Source: Clostridia bacterium
Lineage (GTDB): Bacteria > Bacillota > Clostridia > Christensenellales > UBA3700
Assembly (NCBI GenBank): GCA_029061605.1
Contig: JAIDRT010000045.1
Coordinates: 808 to 64,807 of the forward strand
DNA length: 64,000 nt
Reading direction: 5' to 3'
Shown: one piece after another, positions 40,143 through 52,501 of the stretch
Numbering within the stretch: position 1 is the first letter of the stretch
Layout of the letters: each line of letters starts with the position of its first letter
Notes under the pieces: model-generated
Told to the model about the DNA's origin: nothing
What the model saw: only the letters and a program-made list of their open reading frames with translations
Databases searched by the model: none
Translations under genes and position numbers: made by a program

Positions 40143-43100
40143 ATGCCTCAAAGAACTCATACAGTCAAATACGGCAATACGGAGCGTGAGTGTTTCTCCA
40201 AAATTCACGAGCCGCTTGAGATACCGTATTTGATCGAACTTCAAAAAGAATCTTACAAGCAGTTTATCACAACGGGTATTCAAGAAGTCCTCGACGACTT
40301 TTCTCCGGTATGCGATAGAGGCGGAAGATTCGAGTTGCACTATTTGGGTTTCAGACTTGACGAAGAAACCAAGTATTCCATCAAAGAGTGCAAAGACCGC
40401 GATACGACTTACGCAAAAGCGTTGCGTGTCAAGGTAAGACTTGTTCGCAAACAGACAGGCGAGATCACGGAAGAGGAGGTATTTATGGGCGATATGCCTA
40501 TCATTACCGACAACGGCTCTTTCATCATCAACGGCGCAGAGCGCGTTATCGTCAGCCAGTTGGTAAGAAGTCCGGGCGTTTACAGCGTCAGCACTATGGA
40601 CAAGTCTGGTATCGAGAGATACGAAACCACTATTATGCCAAACAGAGGAGCGTGGCTTGAATTCAAGCAAGACCTCAACTCGATTTTGTGGGTCAACGTA
40701 GACCGCAACCGCAAAATTCCGGCGACGGTGCTTTTGCGTTCGCTCGGACTTGGCAGCGACGAAGAACTTTTTGAACTGTTCGGCAGAGAAGACATCCTCG
40801 TTAAGACGATAGAGAAGGACGCTACCAAGACGGTAGAAGACGCAAGAATAGAACTTTACAAGCGTTTGCGTCCAGGTGAAATTCCTTCGCAAGAGGGCAT
40901 TTCCCAACTTATAGATTCCACGTTCTACGACGACAAGAAGTACAACTTTATGCGCGTAGGCAGATATAAAGTCAACAAAAAACTTGCCTTGGCTACGAGA
41001 ATCGAAGGTCATACGTTGGCAAGAGACGTCATAAGCCCTGACGGCGAAATTTTGGCAGAGCAAGGTCAAGTAGTAGACTTTGAGACTGCTACCAAAATTC
41101 AGAACGCAGGCGTCAATGTAGTATATCTCAAGAAAAAGGTCGTTAAGGAAGACGAGCCTGAAGAGTTCAAACTCATAGGCAACAACACCGTGGATATGAC
41201 AGAGTATCTCAAGGCGTATTACGGCGCCCAAGTTGATTTTGAGGCAAAAGACCTTGGAATTTTGGAAAAGGTATACTGTCCTTATCTCGTCAAGTTGATG
41301 GGCGAAAATCCAAATCTTGAAGATTTGAAGAACGCTATCAAATTGCCAGAAAACAGAGATAAACTCGTCATCAAGAATCTTACTCTTGACGACGTGATCG
41401 CAGCGGTATCTTACAATCTCGGACTTTCCGTAGGCTTTGGCGAAAAAGATAATATAGACCACCTTGCCAACAGAAGAATACGTTCAGTAGGCGAATTGTT
41501 GCAAAATCAATTCAGAGTTGGTCTTACAAGACTTGACAGAGGCATCAAGGAGAAGATGCTTGTCACTCAAGACGACGGCGAATTCAAGGCGCAGACCTTC
41601 ATAAATATCAAGCCTGTGACGGCAGTTATCAAAGAGTTCTTCTGCTCTTCACAGTTGTCGCAATTTATGGATCACCACAATCCTATCGCAGAACTTACTC
41701 ACAAGCGTAAGTTGTCGGCGTTGGGACCTGGCGGTCTCAACAGAGAAAGAGCGTCTTTTGAAGTCCGCGATATTCACCACACCCATTACGGACGTATGTG
41801 TCCTATTGAGACCCCTGAAGGTCAGAACATAGGTCTTATATCTTCGCTTGCTACATACGCGAGAGTCAACGAATACGGCTTTATTGAAGCGCCTTATCGC
41901 AAAGTTGTCAAAAAACTTGACGCAGAGGGCAAAGAGATAAGTTACGTGACTGACGAAGTCGAGTACTTGCAGGCAGACGAAGAAGATAAGTATATCGTAG
42001 CGCAAGCAAACACCAGACTCAATGAGGACGGTTCGTTTGCAACGGCGCGCGTAACTTGCCGTCACAGAGCAGACATCAGAGAGTTCAACCAAAACGAAGT
42101 CAACTATATGGACGTTTCGCCTAAGCAACTTGTGTCCGTCGCAGCAGCGCTTATTCCGTTCCTCGAGAATGACGATACAGCCCGCGCATTGATGGGCTCG
42201 AATATGCAACGTCAGGCAGTTCCGCTTTTGAGACCCGAAGCGCCGTTTATCGGCACAGGTATCGAGCATAAGATCGCTTATGACTCCGGCGTTATGGTCA
42301 TTGCAAGAAACGACGGCTTTGTTGAGACACTTTCCTCAAGCGAAATCAACGTAAGATGCGACGACGGATCTCTTGATACTTATACTTTGCAAAAGTTTGA
42401 AAGATCCAACGCAGGTACCTGTATCGTTCAAAAGCCTATCGTCAACAAGGGACAGAGAGTAAGCAAGGGTATGGTACTTGCAGACGGTCCGTCCACTTGC
42501 AACGGAGAGTTGTCGCTTGGTAGAAACATTCTTATAGGCTATATGTCTTGGGAAGGTTACAACTACGAGGACGCTATACTTATCAATGAAGATCTTGTAA
42601 AAGATGACGTATTTACTTCTATCCATATAGAAGAATACGAGATAGAAAGCAGAGATACAAAACTCGGCGAAGAGCAGATCACCAGAGATATTCCAAACCT
42701 TGGTGACGACGCTTTGAAATACCTCGACGAAGACGGTATTATTATCCCCGGCGCAGAAGTTCACAGCGGCGATATCCTCGTCGGTAGAGTAACTCCTAAG
42801 GGCGAGACGGAACTCACTCCCGAAGAGAGACTTTTGAGAGCGATTTTCGGCGAGAAGTCAAGAGAAGTCAGAGATACTTCTTTGAGATTGCCGCACGGTC
42901 AGTCGGGTATCGTAGTAGACGTAAAGGTATTTACTAAAGAAAACAGTAAAGAACTTTCACCCGGCGTAAGCAAACTCGTCAGAGTATATATCGCGCAAAA
43001 GCGTAAGATTGGCGTGGGCGATAAGATGTCAGGTCGTCACGGCAACAAGGGCGTTGTCTCCAGAGTGCTTCCAAGAGAAGATATGCCGTTTATGCCTGAC

Positions 43101-43913
43101 GGAACTCCGCTTCAAATCGTGCTCAACCCATTGGGCGTGCCTTCGCGTATGAATATCGGTCAGGTGCTTGAAGTGCACTTGGGCTTGGTAGCAAAGGCTT
43201 GCGGCTGGCATATATCAACTCCAGTATTTGACGGAGCGACTGAGTCTGACATCAAGCAATTGCTTGTTGAAAACGGTTTGCCAGAAAACGGCAAGATAGA
43301 ACTTTACGACGGCAGAACCGGCGAGAAGTTTGAAAATCCTGTTACCGTCGGATATATGTATATGCTCAAACTTTGTCACTTGGTTGACGAGAAGATCCAC
43401 GCAAGATCGACAGGTCCGTACAGTTTGGTTACGCAGCAGCCTCTCGGCGGTAAGGCGCAATTCGGCGGACAGAGATTCGGAGAAATGGAAGTTTGGGCTC
43501 TTGAGGCATACGGCGCAGCAAATATCTTGCAAGAGATATTGACTGTCAAGTCAGACGACGTAGTGGGCAGAGTTAAGACTTATGAATCAATAGTCAAAGG
43601 TGCTCCTATCACAGAGCCGGGCACACCTGAATCTTTCAAGGTATTGATTAAAGAATTCCAGGCGCTTGGTCTTGACGTCAAAGTGCTCAATGAGAATAAG
43701 GAAGAAATTGGACTTCGTGAGACCGTCGAAGAAGAAGGCGAGTATTACGAAGAGCAGGATAACAGCGCAGAGGGCAAAGAGGTTGATATATTTGATCTCG
43801 GCACTCAGGACGACATCTTCAGTTTTGGCGACGGCAATCCGTTTGGTGATGCAGACGACAACGCTAAAGACGACGACATCTTCAGCAATATGTTTGAAGA
43901 CGACGAAAATTAA
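40143..43913 (+). CDS. rpoB: RNA polymerase beta subunit
   Basis: [49 protein letters not shown]. Confidence 0.99.
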   Translation: MPQRTHTVKYGNTERECFSKIHEPLEIPYLIELQKESYKQFITTGIQEVLDDFSPVCDRGGRFELHYLGFRLDEETKYSIKECKDRDTTYAKALRVKVRLVRKQTGEITEEEVFMGDMPIITDNGSFIINGAERVIVSQLVRSPGVYSVSTMDKSGIERYETTIMPNRGAWLEFKQDLNSILWVNVDRNRKIPATVLLRSLGLGSDEELFELFGREDILVKTIEKDATKTVEDARIELYKRLRPGEIPSQEGISQLIDSTFYDDKKYNFMRVGRYKVNKKLALATRIEGHTLARDVISPDGEILAEQGQVVDFETATKIQNAGVNVVYLKKKVVKEDEPEEFKLIGNNTVDMTEYLKAYYGAQVDFEAKDLGILEKVYCPYLVKLMGENPNLEDLKNAIKLPENRDKLVIKNLTLDDVIAAVSYNLGLSVGFGEKDNIDHLANRRIRSVGELLQNQFRVGLTRLDRGIKEKMLVTQDDGEFKAQTFINIKPVTAVIKEFFCSSQLSQFMDHHNPIAELTHKRKLSALGPGGLNRERASFEVRDIHHTHYGRMCPIETPEGQNIGLISSLATYARVNEYGFIEAPYRKVVKKLDAEGKEISYVTDEVEYLQADEEDKYIVAQANTRLNEDGSFATARVTCRHRADIREFNQNEVNYMDVSPKQLVSVAAALIPFLENDDTARALMGSNMQRQAVPLLRPEAPFIGTGIEHKIAYDSGVMVIARNDGFVETLSSSEINVRCDDGSLDTYTLQKFERSNAGTCIVQKPIVNKGQRVSKGMVLADGPSTCNGELSLGRNILIGYMSWEGYNYEDAILINEDLVKDDVFTSIHIEEYEIESRDTKLGEEQITRDIPNLGDDALKYLDEDGIIIPGAEVHSGDILVGRVTPKGETELTPEERLLRAIFGEKSREVRDTSLRLPHGQSGIVVDVKVFTKENSKELSPGVSKLVRVYIAQKRKIGVGDKMSGRHGNKGVVSRVLPREDMPFMPDGTPLQIVLNPLGVPSRMNIGQVLEVHLGLVAKACGWHISTPVFDGATESDIKQLLVENGLPENGKIELYDGRTGEKFENPVTVGYMYMLKLCHLVDEKIHARSTGPYSLVTQQPLGGKAQFGGQRFGEMEVWALEAYGAANILQEILTVKSDDVVGRVKTYESIVKGAPITEPGTPESFKVLIKEFQALGLDVKVLNENKEEIGLRETVEEEGEYYEEQDNSAEGKEVDIFDLGTQDDIFSFGDGNPFGDADDNAKDDDIFSNMFEDDEN

Positions 43914-43924
43914 GGAGGCGTGAA

Positions 43925-46900
43925 ATGTCAGAAGTAAATAATTTTGATTCTATAAAAATAGGCGTAGCCTCTCCCGAGAAGATTAGATCTTGGTCGCACG
44001 GCGAAGTTTTGAAGCCAGAGACCATCAATTACAGAACGCAAAAGCCGGAAAAAGACGGTTTGTTCTGCGAGAAGATCTTCGGACCAACCAAAGACTGGGA
44101 GTGTCACTGCGGAAAATATAAGCGCATTAGATACAAGGGCGTTATATGCGACAAGTGTGGCGTAGAAGTAACTAAAGCAAAAGTAAGAAGAGAGAGAATG
44201 GGACACATAGAACTTGCTGCTCCTGTATCTCACATATGGTATTACAAGGGCGTTCCGTCAAGAATAAGCGTTGCGCTTGATATGTCGCCTAAGGACGTGG
44301 ATCTCGTACTTTATTTCAACAAGTACGTAGTTATAGATCCAGGTACGACGGACGTCAACTATAAGGACGTAATTGAAGACAAAGAACTTGCAGAAATCAA
44401 AGAGAGATACAGAGACCTTGGTCTTGGATCTTTCAAAGTAGGTATGGGCGCAGAAGCAATCAAAGAATTGCTTGCCAATATTGACCTCGAAAAGGAATCT
44501 GCAGAACTCAAAGCAATCATTGCCGACAGCGCAGACAAAGCCAACAATGCAAAGAGAACTAAGGCAGTCAAGCGTCTTGACGTAATAGAGGCGTTTAGAG
44601 TGAGCGGCAACAGACCTGAGTGGATGATCTTGGACGTACTTCCGGTACTTCCACCGGAACTTCGTCCTATGGTACCGCTCGACGGCGGTAGATATGCGGC
44701 GTCTGATCTCAACGATTTGTATCGCAGAGTAATCAACCGTAACAACAGACTTAAGAAACTCATTGAGTTTGGCGCTCCTGAAATTATCGTCAGAAATGAG
44801 AAGAGAATGTTGCAAGAGGCAGTAGACGCTCTTATCGACAACGGTCGCAGAGGCAAGGCTGTCACAGGACCGGGCAACAGAGAACTCAAGTCGTTGACGG
44901 CTCTCCTCAAAGGTAAGCAAGGACGTTTCCGTCAAAACCTTTTGGGTAAGCGTGTTGACTATTCGGGACGTTCGGTTATCGTCGTAGGACCGGAACTCAA
45001 GATGTACCAATGCGGTATACCTAAAGAAATGGCAATAGAACTCTTCAAGCCTTTCGTAATGAAAAAACTCGTTGACAGAGGTATTTGCCTAAATATCAAG
45101 AATGCAAAGAGAGTAATAGAGAGAGCGCAAGACGACGTAGTATGGGATATACTCGAAGAAGTAATCAAGGATCACCCTGTACTTCTCAACCGCGCGCCGT
45201 CATTGCACAGACTTTCAATTCAAGCGTTTGAGCCTGTACTCGTAGAAGGCAGAGCAATCAAGTTGCATCCGCTCGTATGTAGCGCATTTAACGCCGACTT
45301 CGACGGCGACCAGATGGCAGTACACGTACCGCTCTCAATAGAGGCAAGAACGGAAGCAAGATTCTTGATGCTTTCCACCAACAATATTCTCAAATTGAGC
45401 GACGGCAAGCCTGTCGTATCGCCTACGCAGGATATGGTAATAGGTTCTTACTATATGACTATGGTACGCGAGGACGACTTGTCCGACAGTGAGCGTAGAT
45501 GCTTCAGAAATCCAGAAGAAGCAAAGATGGCTTATCAAGCGGGACAAATCTCACTTCAGACAAAGATCAACGTGAGAGTATCCAAGGTGATTGGCGGAGT
45601 TAAGTATTCTAAGATATTGAAGAATACCACCATAGGTAGAATAATCTTCAACGAAGCCATTCCGCAAGATTTGCACTTCGTGCCAAGAAATACGCCGGAG
45701 CAACAACTCGACCTTGAGATCAACGCAACCGTTGACAAGAAAGTACTTTCCAAGATAGTTGACGCTTGCTTTAAGTATAAGGGCGCAACTGAGACTTCTA
45801 TCATATTGGATAAGATTAAGGCTCAAGGATATAAGTACTCCACGATAGGCGCAATTACCGCCAGCGTATTCGATATGCACGTACCTCCAATGAAAAGGGA
45901 GATTGTCGAGAAAGCGGAAAAGAACGTAGTTACTATCGAAAAGCAATTTAAGAAAGGTCTTCTTACTGAAGAGGACAGATATAAGCAGACAATTGCAATA
46001 TGGCAAAAAGCCATTGCAGACATCAACGTCGAACTCAAGAAAGGTCTTGACGACTTCAACCCGATTTGGATGATGGCAAACTCCGGAGCGCGTGGTAGTA
46101 TGACCCAGATCTCGCAGTTGTGCGGTATGAAAGGTCTTGTCGCAGACCCATCCGGTAGAACCATTGAATTGCCTATCAAGGCGTCACTTCGTGAAGGCTT
46201 GTCAGTACTCGAATACTTCATTTCTTCGCACGGCGGACGTAAAGGTATGGCGGATACGGCTCTTAAGACGGCAGACTCAGGTTATTTGACTCGTCGTCTC
46301 GTAGACGTTTGTCAAGACGTTATCGTCAACGAACTCGACTGCGGCGACACCAGAGGTATGGATATCGTACTTGAGGGTGACAACACCAAAGAGTTTATTG
46401 AGAGAATCGACGGCAGATACGTTATGACGGATATACTCGGTGACAGCGGAGACGTGATTGCAGAAAAAGATACAATGATCTCTCCAGAGCAGGCGCAGGC
46501 TATTGCCAACGCAGGTATCAGAAAAGTCAAGATCAGAAGCATTCTCAACTGTAAGTCGGCGCACGGCGTTTGCGCAAAGTGCTACGGCAAGAATATGGCA
46601 TCAGGCAATTCTGTAAAACTCGGCGAAGCAGTTGGTATAATTGCTGCTCAATCAATAGGCGAGCCGGGTACGCAGTTGACTATGAGAACGTTCCACACCG
46701 GCGGTGTTGCATTGTCGGGCGATATTACCAACGGTCTCCCAAGAGTAGAAGAGTTGTTTGAAGCAAGACGTCCAAAGGGTCAGGCTCTTATTGCAGACAT
46801 TGCGGGCGAAGTTTCTATCGACAGTGAAAAGCACGTCTTGACGATCTTGCCTGCTAAGGCAGACAGCGCAAAGGTTGATTACAAGTTGGTATTCGGTCAA

Positions 46901-47515
46901 AAACTTAAGGTGGAGAACGGTCAAAAGGTTGCAGCCGGCGAAGTATTGACGCAAGGTAGCATCTATCCTCAAGACTTGCTCCGCACCAAAGGCGCAAAGG
47001 ACGTTCAGGAATATATCATTAAAGAAGTCAAGATACCTTACGCAAGCGCAGGTGTTGACATCAACGAGAAACATATCGAAATCGTTGTTAGACAAATGCT
47101 CCGCAAGGTAAAGATAGAGAATCAAGGCGACACGTCTATGATGCCGGGCGAATACGTAGATATATTTGCGTACGAGGCAGAGAACGAAAAGACTATCGAA
47201 GAGGGCGGAAGACCTGCTATAGCAAAGAGAACTTTGCTTGGTATTACCAAAGCCGCTTTGGCTACGGAGTCATTCCTCTCCGCAGCGTCATTCCAGGAGA
47301 CTGCAAAGGTATTGACAGAGGCTGCTATCAAGAATAAGGTAGATCACCTCGTCGGACTTAAAGAAAACGTCATCCTTGGTAAACTTATTCCTGCAGGTAC
47401 CGGTATGAAGAGATATCGCAATATCGTAGCGCTTCCTGCCGGCGGCACGGAAAACCATATCGTCGAGGAGAATATCGAACACAAGTTCGCTGGCGAAGAC
47501 GATATCGAAGACTAA
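43925..47515 (+). CDS. rpoC: RNA polymerase beta' subunit
   Basis: Zn finger, [35 protein letters not shown]. Confidence 0.99.
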   Translation: MSEVNNFDSIKIGVASPEKIRSWSHGEVLKPETINYRTQKPEKDGLFCEKIFGPTKDWECHCGKYKRIRYKGVICDKCGVEVTKAKVRRERMGHIELAAPVSHIWYYKGVPSRISVALDMSPKDVDLVLYFNKYVVIDPGTTDVNYKDVIEDKELAEIKERYRDLGLGSFKVGMGAEAIKELLANIDLEKESAELKAIIADSADKANNAKRTKAVKRLDVIEAFRVSGNRPEWMILDVLPVLPPELRPMVPLDGGRYAASDLNDLYRRVINRNNRLKKLIEFGAPEIIVRNEKRMLQEAVDALIDNGRRGKAVTGPGNRELKSLTALLKGKQGRFRQNLLGKRVDYSGRSVIVVGPELKMYQCGIPKEMAIELFKPFVMKKLVDRGICLNIKNAKRVIERAQDDVVWDILEEVIKDHPVLLNRAPSLHRLSIQAFEPVLVEGRAIKLHPLVCSAFNADFDGDQMAVHVPLSIEARTEARFLMLSTNNILKLSDGKPVVSPTQDMVIGSYYMTMVREDDLSDSERRCFRNPEEAKMAYQAGQISLQTKINVRVSKVIGGVKYSKILKNTTIGRIIFNEAIPQDLHFVPRNTPEQQLDLEINATVDKKVLSKIVDACFKYKGATETSIILDKIKAQGYKYSTIGAITASVFDMHVPPMKREIVEKAEKNVVTIEKQFKKGLLTEEDRYKQTIAIWQKAIADINVELKKGLDDFNPIWMMANSGARGSMTQISQLCGMKGLVADPSGRTIELPIKASLREGLSVLEYFISSHGGRKGMADTALKTADSGYLTRRLVDVCQDVIVNELDCGDTRGMDIVLEGDNTKEFIERIDGRYVMTDILGDSGDVIAEKDTMISPEQAQAIANAGIRKVKIRSILNCKSAHGVCAKCYGKNMASGNSVKLGEAVGIIAAQSIGEPGTQLTMRTFHTGGVALSGDITNGLPRVEELFEARRPKGQALIADIAGEVSIDSEKHVLTILPAKADSAKVDYKLVFGQKLKVENGQKVAAGEVLTQGSIYPQDLLRTKGAKDVQEYIIKEVKIPYASAGVDINEKHIEIVVRQMLRKVKIENQGDTSMMPGEYVDIFAYEAENEKTIEEGGRPAIAKRTLLGITKAALATESFLSAASFQETAKVLTEAAIKNKVDHLVGLKENVILGKLIPAGTGMKRYRNIVALPAGGTENHIVEENIEHKFAGEDDIED

Positions 47516-47529
47516 CAACTTAATACTTA

Positions 47530-47623
47530 ATTCTATAGAGAGTGTGGGAGTGACGGACACTGAGAACACACAGCAACCTCTTGTAAGGTGCTAAATTCCG
47601 CAAGTATACTTGATAGATAGAAT
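47530..47623 (+). promoter_or_regulatory. SAM-I (S-box) riboswitch aptamer
   Basis: P1 ATTCTAT/ATAGAAT, GAGAG, kink-turn-like GA..TGA, AGCAACC..GGTGCT P3, CGGA/TCCG pseudoknot, AGAT; upstream of metK. Confidence 0.9.
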
Positions 47624-47626
47624 ACG

Positions 47627-47659
47627 AAGTCGCTCTATACAAGTAGAGCGACTTTTTTT
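47627..47659 (+). terminator. Riboswitch expression-platform terminator
   Basis: AAGTCGCTCTA/TAGAGCGACTT followed by a T-run, immediately before the metK SD. Confidence 0.88.
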
Positions 47660-47670
47660 AGGAGAACAAA

Positions 47671-48867
47671 ATGATAAAAAGATTATTTACCAGCGAAAGC
47701 GTAACAGAAGGACATCCCGACAAGTTGTGCGACAAGATATCAGACAGCATACTCGACGCGTTGCTTATTCAAGACCCTATGAGCCGTGTGGCTTGCGAAA
47801 CTTGCACCAACACAGGCTTTGTGCTTGTAATGGGCGAAATCACTTCAACGGCAGAAGTAGACTATAAAGCAATCGTGCGTAAGACGGTTTTGGATATAGG
47901 CTATGACAGCAAGGAAAAGGGACTTGACGGCAACACTTGCGACGTCTTTATCAAATTGGACAAGCAGTCACCCGATATAGCAATGGGAGTAGACAGTTCG
48001 TTGGAAAACAAAGAGAATACCGGCGAGGCGGATAAATTTGACCTTATAGGAGCAGGCGATCAGGGTATGATGTTTGGCTATGCTTGCAAAGAGACCCCCG
48101 CGCTTATGCCAATGCCAATATATTTGGCTCACAAACTGACGGATAGACTTACCAAGGTCCGCAAGAGTGGAGAACTCTCTTATCTTCGTCCCGACGGCAA
48201 AGCGCAAGTGACAGTAGAATATGTTGACGACAAAGTATCGCGTGTTGACACCATAGTTCTTTCCACCCAACATTCTCCCGACGTAGATATGGAAACGTTG
48301 AGACAAGACGTAAAGAAGTATATCATCGACGGCGTTATTCCGCCGCACTTGGTTGACGGTGATACCAAGATTTATATCAATCCCACAGGCAGATTTGTAG
48401 TGGGAGGACCTCAAGGCGACAGCGGACTTACCGGCAGAAAAATTATAGTAGATACCTACGGCGGCTACTGTCCGCACGGCGGCGGCGCTTTTTCTGGCAA
48501 AGACAGCACCAAGGTGGATAGGTCGGCTTGTTATATGGCGAGATACGTCTGCAAAAATATCGTCGCAAGCGGTATTGCAGAGAGATGTCAGTTGGACGTA
48601 GCGTACGCTATAGGCGTGGCAAAACCTGTGTCTATCAACGTCAATACTTTTGGCACTAGCAAGTATTCCAACGAGCAAATTGCTCAAATCATTGACAAAG
48701 TCTTTGACTTGCGTCCGCTTGCCATTATTGAAGAACTCAACTTGAGAAAGCCTCAATTTGCCAAGACGAGCAATTACGGACATTTTGGCAGAGAGGACCA
48801 AGGATTTAGATGGGAAAAGACAGACAAGGCAAAAATTATTGCTCAAATGGCAGAGGAGTTAAATTAA
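47671..48867 (+). CDS. metK: S-adenosylmethionine synthetase
   Basis: [39 protein letters not shown]. Confidence 0.98.
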   Translation: MIKRLFTSESVTEGHPDKLCDKISDSILDALLIQDPMSRVACETCTNTGFVLVMGEITSTAEVDYKAIVRKTVLDIGYDSKEKGLDGNTCDVFIKLDKQSPDIAMGVDSSLENKENTGEADKFDLIGAGDQGMMFGYACKETPALMPMPIYLAHKLTDRLTKVRKSGELSYLRPDGKAQVTVEYVDDKVSRVDTIVLSTQHSPDVDMETLRQDVKKYIIDGVIPPHLVDGDTKIYINPTGRFVVGGPQGDSGLTGRKIIVDTYGGYCPHGGGAFSGKDSTKVDRSACYMARYVCKNIVASGIAERCQLDVAYAIGVAKPVSINVNTFGTSKYSNEQIAQIIDKVFDLRPLAIIEELNLRKPQFAKTSNYGHFGREDQGFRWEKTDKAKIIAQMAEELN

Positions 48868-48925
48868 ATATAAATAGGTGAAACTAGCGCTGTTGTCTAA
48901 CTGACGCGGAGAAATCTCAATCCTA

Positions 48926-48990
48926 TTGACAATCAATAGTTAAATAAATTAAAATATAGAGGGTACACATTGTATACCCTCTATGTTTTT
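48926..48990 (+). promoter_or_regulatory. recD2 promoter overlapping a terminator-like hairpin
   Basis: TTGACA-18-TAAAAT; ATAGAGGGTA/TACCCTCTAT followed by GTTTTT. Confidence 0.55.
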
Positions 48991-48999
48991 GGAGAATTT

Positions 49000-51237
49000 A
49001 TGGAATATTTTGACGAAATTGGATACGAAATACTCAAAGGCTACGTCGAGGAAATAGTATTCCGCAACGTGGACAATGGATATTGCGTCGTATATATCAA
49101 TGCAGACGGAGTTTTGGAGACTGCCGTAGGCGTTTTTCCGCCAATTGAAGAAGGCGAATATTTGGAGATGAAGGGCAATTATTCCGTTAATTCCAAATTT
49201 GGAGAGCAGTTCAACGTTAAAGAATGTAAGATTGCCAGACCTGAGGACAAAGAGGCAATTATGCGTTATCTTGCCAGCGGACTTTTTGCAGGCGTGGGAG
49301 AAGTTACGGCAAAGAATATAGTCGACCTATACGGTACGGCAACTTTGGACGTAATAGAAAATGCGCCCAACAAGTTGGCGAGTGTCAAAGGCGTTTCGCT
49401 CAAAAAGGCAATGGCGATATATGAAGCGTATATCGTGCATAAAGAACAGCAAGCAACGATAGTATTTCTTCAAAATTATGAAATAAGTCTCAATCTTGCT
49501 TTGCGTATTTACAAAAAGTACGGCGAAGGTACTAGACGAATAATAGAAAACAATCCCTATCAAATGGTTGAGGATGTCGACGGCGTAGGCTTCATTACGG
49601 CAGACAGAATAGCCGTCAAAATGGGCTTTGACCAACACAGCAGATTTAGAATAAGCGCGGCAATTTGCCACGTATTGCAAGAGGGAGCCAATCGCAATGG
49701 ACATACGTATCTACCTAGAGGCGAAGTCGTCTACGAGGTGTGTAATATTTTACGAATGGACTTTGAAGAATACAGTTATCTTGTCAACGGCATTATAATG
49801 GACAACGTCGTTATGGGCAAGATAATCATAGTCACGCAGGACGACACTGAGTGTGTGTTTTTGACGAGGCTATACGAGAACGAACACGGAATAGCCAAGT
49901 GTCTTACTGATATGTTGAAATTTGCAACCCCAATGGATCTCAACGTAGACGTGGATATAGATCAATTCCAGCAATCCCACAGCATTGATTTGCACGAAGG
50001 TCAGATAGACGCTATCAAGAATTGCGTCAATTACGGCGTCAACGTGATTACCGGCGGTCCCGGCACAGGCAAGACGACTATCATAAACTGCATTATCACG
50101 ATACTAAAAAAACTTGGCAAAAAAGTTGCGCTCTGCGCTCCAACTGGCAGAGCATCCAAGAGACTTTCCGAGGCTACTGGAGAGGACGCCAAGACGATAC
50201 ACCGGCTTCTTGATCTTGACTTTACAGGAGGTAAGGGCAAATTTAATTACAACGAAGATACCAGACTGCAAGCCGACGTTGTGATCGTGGACGAAGTGAG
50301 TATGTGCGACGAATACGTTTTCCACGCGCTTGTCAGGTCTGTTAAAAAAGGCGGTCGTCTGATACTCGTCGGAGACAAAGACCAACTGCCTTCAGTCGGA
50401 GCAGGCAACGTGCTTGCGGATATAATATCTTGCGGGCTGATACCAATAAACTATCTTACTAGAATATACCGTCAAAGTGATGATTCGCTCATAATAGAGA
50501 ATGCTCACAAGGTCAACAGCGGAGAGATGCCTACGATAGACAACAAGTCAAAAGATTTTTTCTTTGACTCGCAGACAGACACTGTGGTTATGCTTAAAAA
50601 CGTCATTGATTTGACTACTAAAAGACTTCCTGCCTTTGCAGGTATCACGCCAAAGGATATTCAAGTGCTTTGTCCTACAAAAAAAGGCGTACTAGGCGTG
50701 GAGAATATCAACGTAGAAATGCAAAAGGCGCTCAATCCGCCAGACAAGAGCAAGGGGGAGATACGCTCAGGCGCAAATATTTTTCGAGAGGGCGACAAGA
50801 TTATTCATACCGTCAACAACTACCAAATGGAGTGGTACAGCGAGGACGGTCTGAGCGGCAGCGGAGTTTTCAACGGAGATATAGGCTATATAGTGTCAAT
50901 AGACAAGAGCGCGCCAAGTATGAAAGTGGAGTTTGATGACGGCAGAATTGCCACATACAGGCAAGAGAACTTTGACGAACTCACTTTGGCTTATGCAATT
51001 AGTATTCACAAATCTCAAGGCTCAGAGTTTCCTGCGGTGATCATCACCGCTTACGGCGGCAATCCATATCTTATGACAAGGAATTTGCTTTACACCGCTA
51101 TCACGAGAGCCAAGTCACTTGTCGTTATTGAAGGCACAAAGGAGAGTACTGCTAAAATGGTAAAAAATAATTATACCGCAAAGCGCAATACTTTGCTTGC
51201 CGAGTTTATCAATCAGATTGCAAAACAAGCCGAATGA
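49000..51237 (+). CDS. recD2: RecD2-like ATP-dependent helicase
   Basis: HhH region, NPY..GVGF..AD, TGGPGTGKT, APTGRAS, DEVSM, HKSQGSEF; ATG after GGAG. Confidence 0.93.
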   Translation: MEYFDEIGYEILKGYVEEIVFRNVDNGYCVVYINADGVLETAVGVFPPIEEGEYLEMKGNYSVNSKFGEQFNVKECKIARPEDKEAIMRYLASGLFAGVGEVTAKNIVDLYGTATLDVIENAPNKLASVKGVSLKKAMAIYEAYIVHKEQQATIVFLQNYEISLNLALRIYKKYGEGTRRIIENNPYQMVEDVDGVGFITADRIAVKMGFDQHSRFRISAAICHVLQEGANRNGHTYLPRGEVVYEVCNILRMDFEEYSYLVNGIIMDNVVMGKIIIVTQDDTECVFLTRLYENEHGIAKCLTDMLKFATPMDLNVDVDIDQFQQSHSIDLHEGQIDAIKNCVNYGVNVITGGPGTGKTTIINCIITILKKLGKKVALCAPTGRASKRLSEATGEDAKTIHRLLDLDFTGGKGKFNYNEDTRLQADVVIVDEVSMCDEYVFHALVRSVKKGGRLILVGDKDQLPSVGAGNVLADIISCGLIPINYLTRIYRQSDDSLIIENAHKVNSGEMPTIDNKSKDFFFDSQTDTVVMLKNVIDLTTKRLPAFAGITPKDIQVLCPTKKGVLGVENINVEMQKALNPPDKSKGEIRSGANIFREGDKIIHTVNNYQMEWYSEDGLSGSGVFNGDIGYIVSIDKSAPSMKVEFDDGRIATYRQENFDELTLAYAISIHKSQGSEFPAVIITAYGGNPYLMTRNLLYTAITRAKSLVVIEGTKESTAKMVKNNYTAKRNTLLAEFINQIAKQAE

Positions 51238-51308
51238 AATTTCTCAACTCGCTTTAAAAGCGCTCAAACGATTAAATAAAAGTTGACGTATAAACACAGT
51301 TATATTAA

Positions 51309-51339
51309 AAGGCTCTCGAATCAAGTATCCGAGAGCCTT
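51309..51339. terminator. Bidirectional terminator
   Basis: AAGGCTCTCG/CGAGAGCCTT between convergent genes. Confidence 0.7.
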
Positions 51340-51372
51340 GTTTTCGCCCAAACGCTTATAAATTTATTAATA

Positions 51373-52410
51373 TCAAAGCGTGTAATTTACGCTTGTCAAA
51401 TTGTATGTAATCTTGTCTTCTTGAAAACGCACGACTGCGCGGTTGACAAATCTGTTTGCGCCTTGCTCTTTCATTGCTACGGTGGATATCATACAACTTA
51501 TTGAGCCGCTAGCAGGGAAAGTCTTAGTTGTGGTGAATGTGCATTTTACTACCGGAATGCTTGCCGTCAAAGTATTGGGATAAGTGACAGTCACGTTTCC
51601 GCTTTCGTCCGCGTCAGACGTAGTAATGTCTCCGCTGTTGTCTGCGACACCGGTATTTACTGCGCCGCTGACTTCCTCTCCGCTTACTTCGCCGCTTGCT
51701 ATAGTTTGGCTAAAACTTTTGTTAAGCACGAACTTGTTGGTCAGTACGACGTTGCTTGTGCTTGCGTACGAGCAAGTGAAAGAAGAGTTTGTCGTCTTGC
51801 TTGATGCCGCGTTGTAAGTGGGGACGACAATAGATACTGAAGAAGAGAGAGTAGTCGCTCTTGCGAATTGATATAAGAACGAGTTGTCAACTACGAATGC
51901 CGAAGCGCTGTATTTTGCTGAATCGGTAGTGACTTCGCCGTTTTTAATGAAAGTGACGTTGCTTTTTTTCTCTTCATAAGAGGTGACGATTTCTATCGTC
52001 TCGCCGTCTTCGACCGTCTTGGAGTATGAGAGTTTTGGCTCTAAGCGGTGCGTAGCATAACTTTCTGTCTCCTTGACAAAGGTCTTTCCGTCATATTCTG
52101 CTCTCATAGTCGACGTAAATTTATATCCGGTGAAGTTGTTGAGCGTAGGTTTGACAGATTCTGTTGAAGACGCGATTTCTACGTTTTGATTGAAGAGAGA
52201 TTTCATCACTGAAGTATATTCTCCCACCTTTACGCCATCGACGGTCACGTCATATACGCAAGTTTCCGTTCCGCCCTCGTGCCAACCGAGATTATTGTCG
52301 ATTTGCGACATAATAGAGTTCTTGGAAAAACTCTCTCCGCAACCTGCAAATGCAAACAGCAGAGTAGTCGTAAGTATTATTGCCACCAAAATTATAAGTA
52401 TCTTTTTCAT
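51373..52410 (-). CDS. Hypothetical Ser/Thr-rich lipoprotein
   Basis: MKKIL...FAGC lipobox. Confidence 0.75.
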   Translation of the reverse strand: MKKILIILVAIILTTTLLFAFAGCGESFSKNSIMSQIDNNLGWHEGGTETCVYDVTVDGVKVGEYTSVMKSLFNQNVEIASSTESVKPTLNNFTGYKFTSTMRAEYDGKTFVKETESYATHRLEPKLSYSKTVEDGETIEIVTSYEEKKSNVTFIKNGEVTTDSAKYSASAFVVDNSFLYQFARATTLSSSVSIVVPTYNAASSKTTNSSFTCSYASTSNVVLTNKFVLNKSFSQTIASGEVSGEEVSGAVNTGVADNSGDITTSDADESGNVTVTYPNTLTASIPVVKCTFTTTKTFPASGSISCMISTVAMKEQGANRFVNRAVVRFQEDKITYNLTSVNYTL

Positions 52411-52501
52411 AATGTCTACATTATAACACATTTGAGGCGTTTTGCAATAATTTTCCCCATATTATATTGCCAATAATGTCAAAAATTGCTACAATAAATA
52501 T

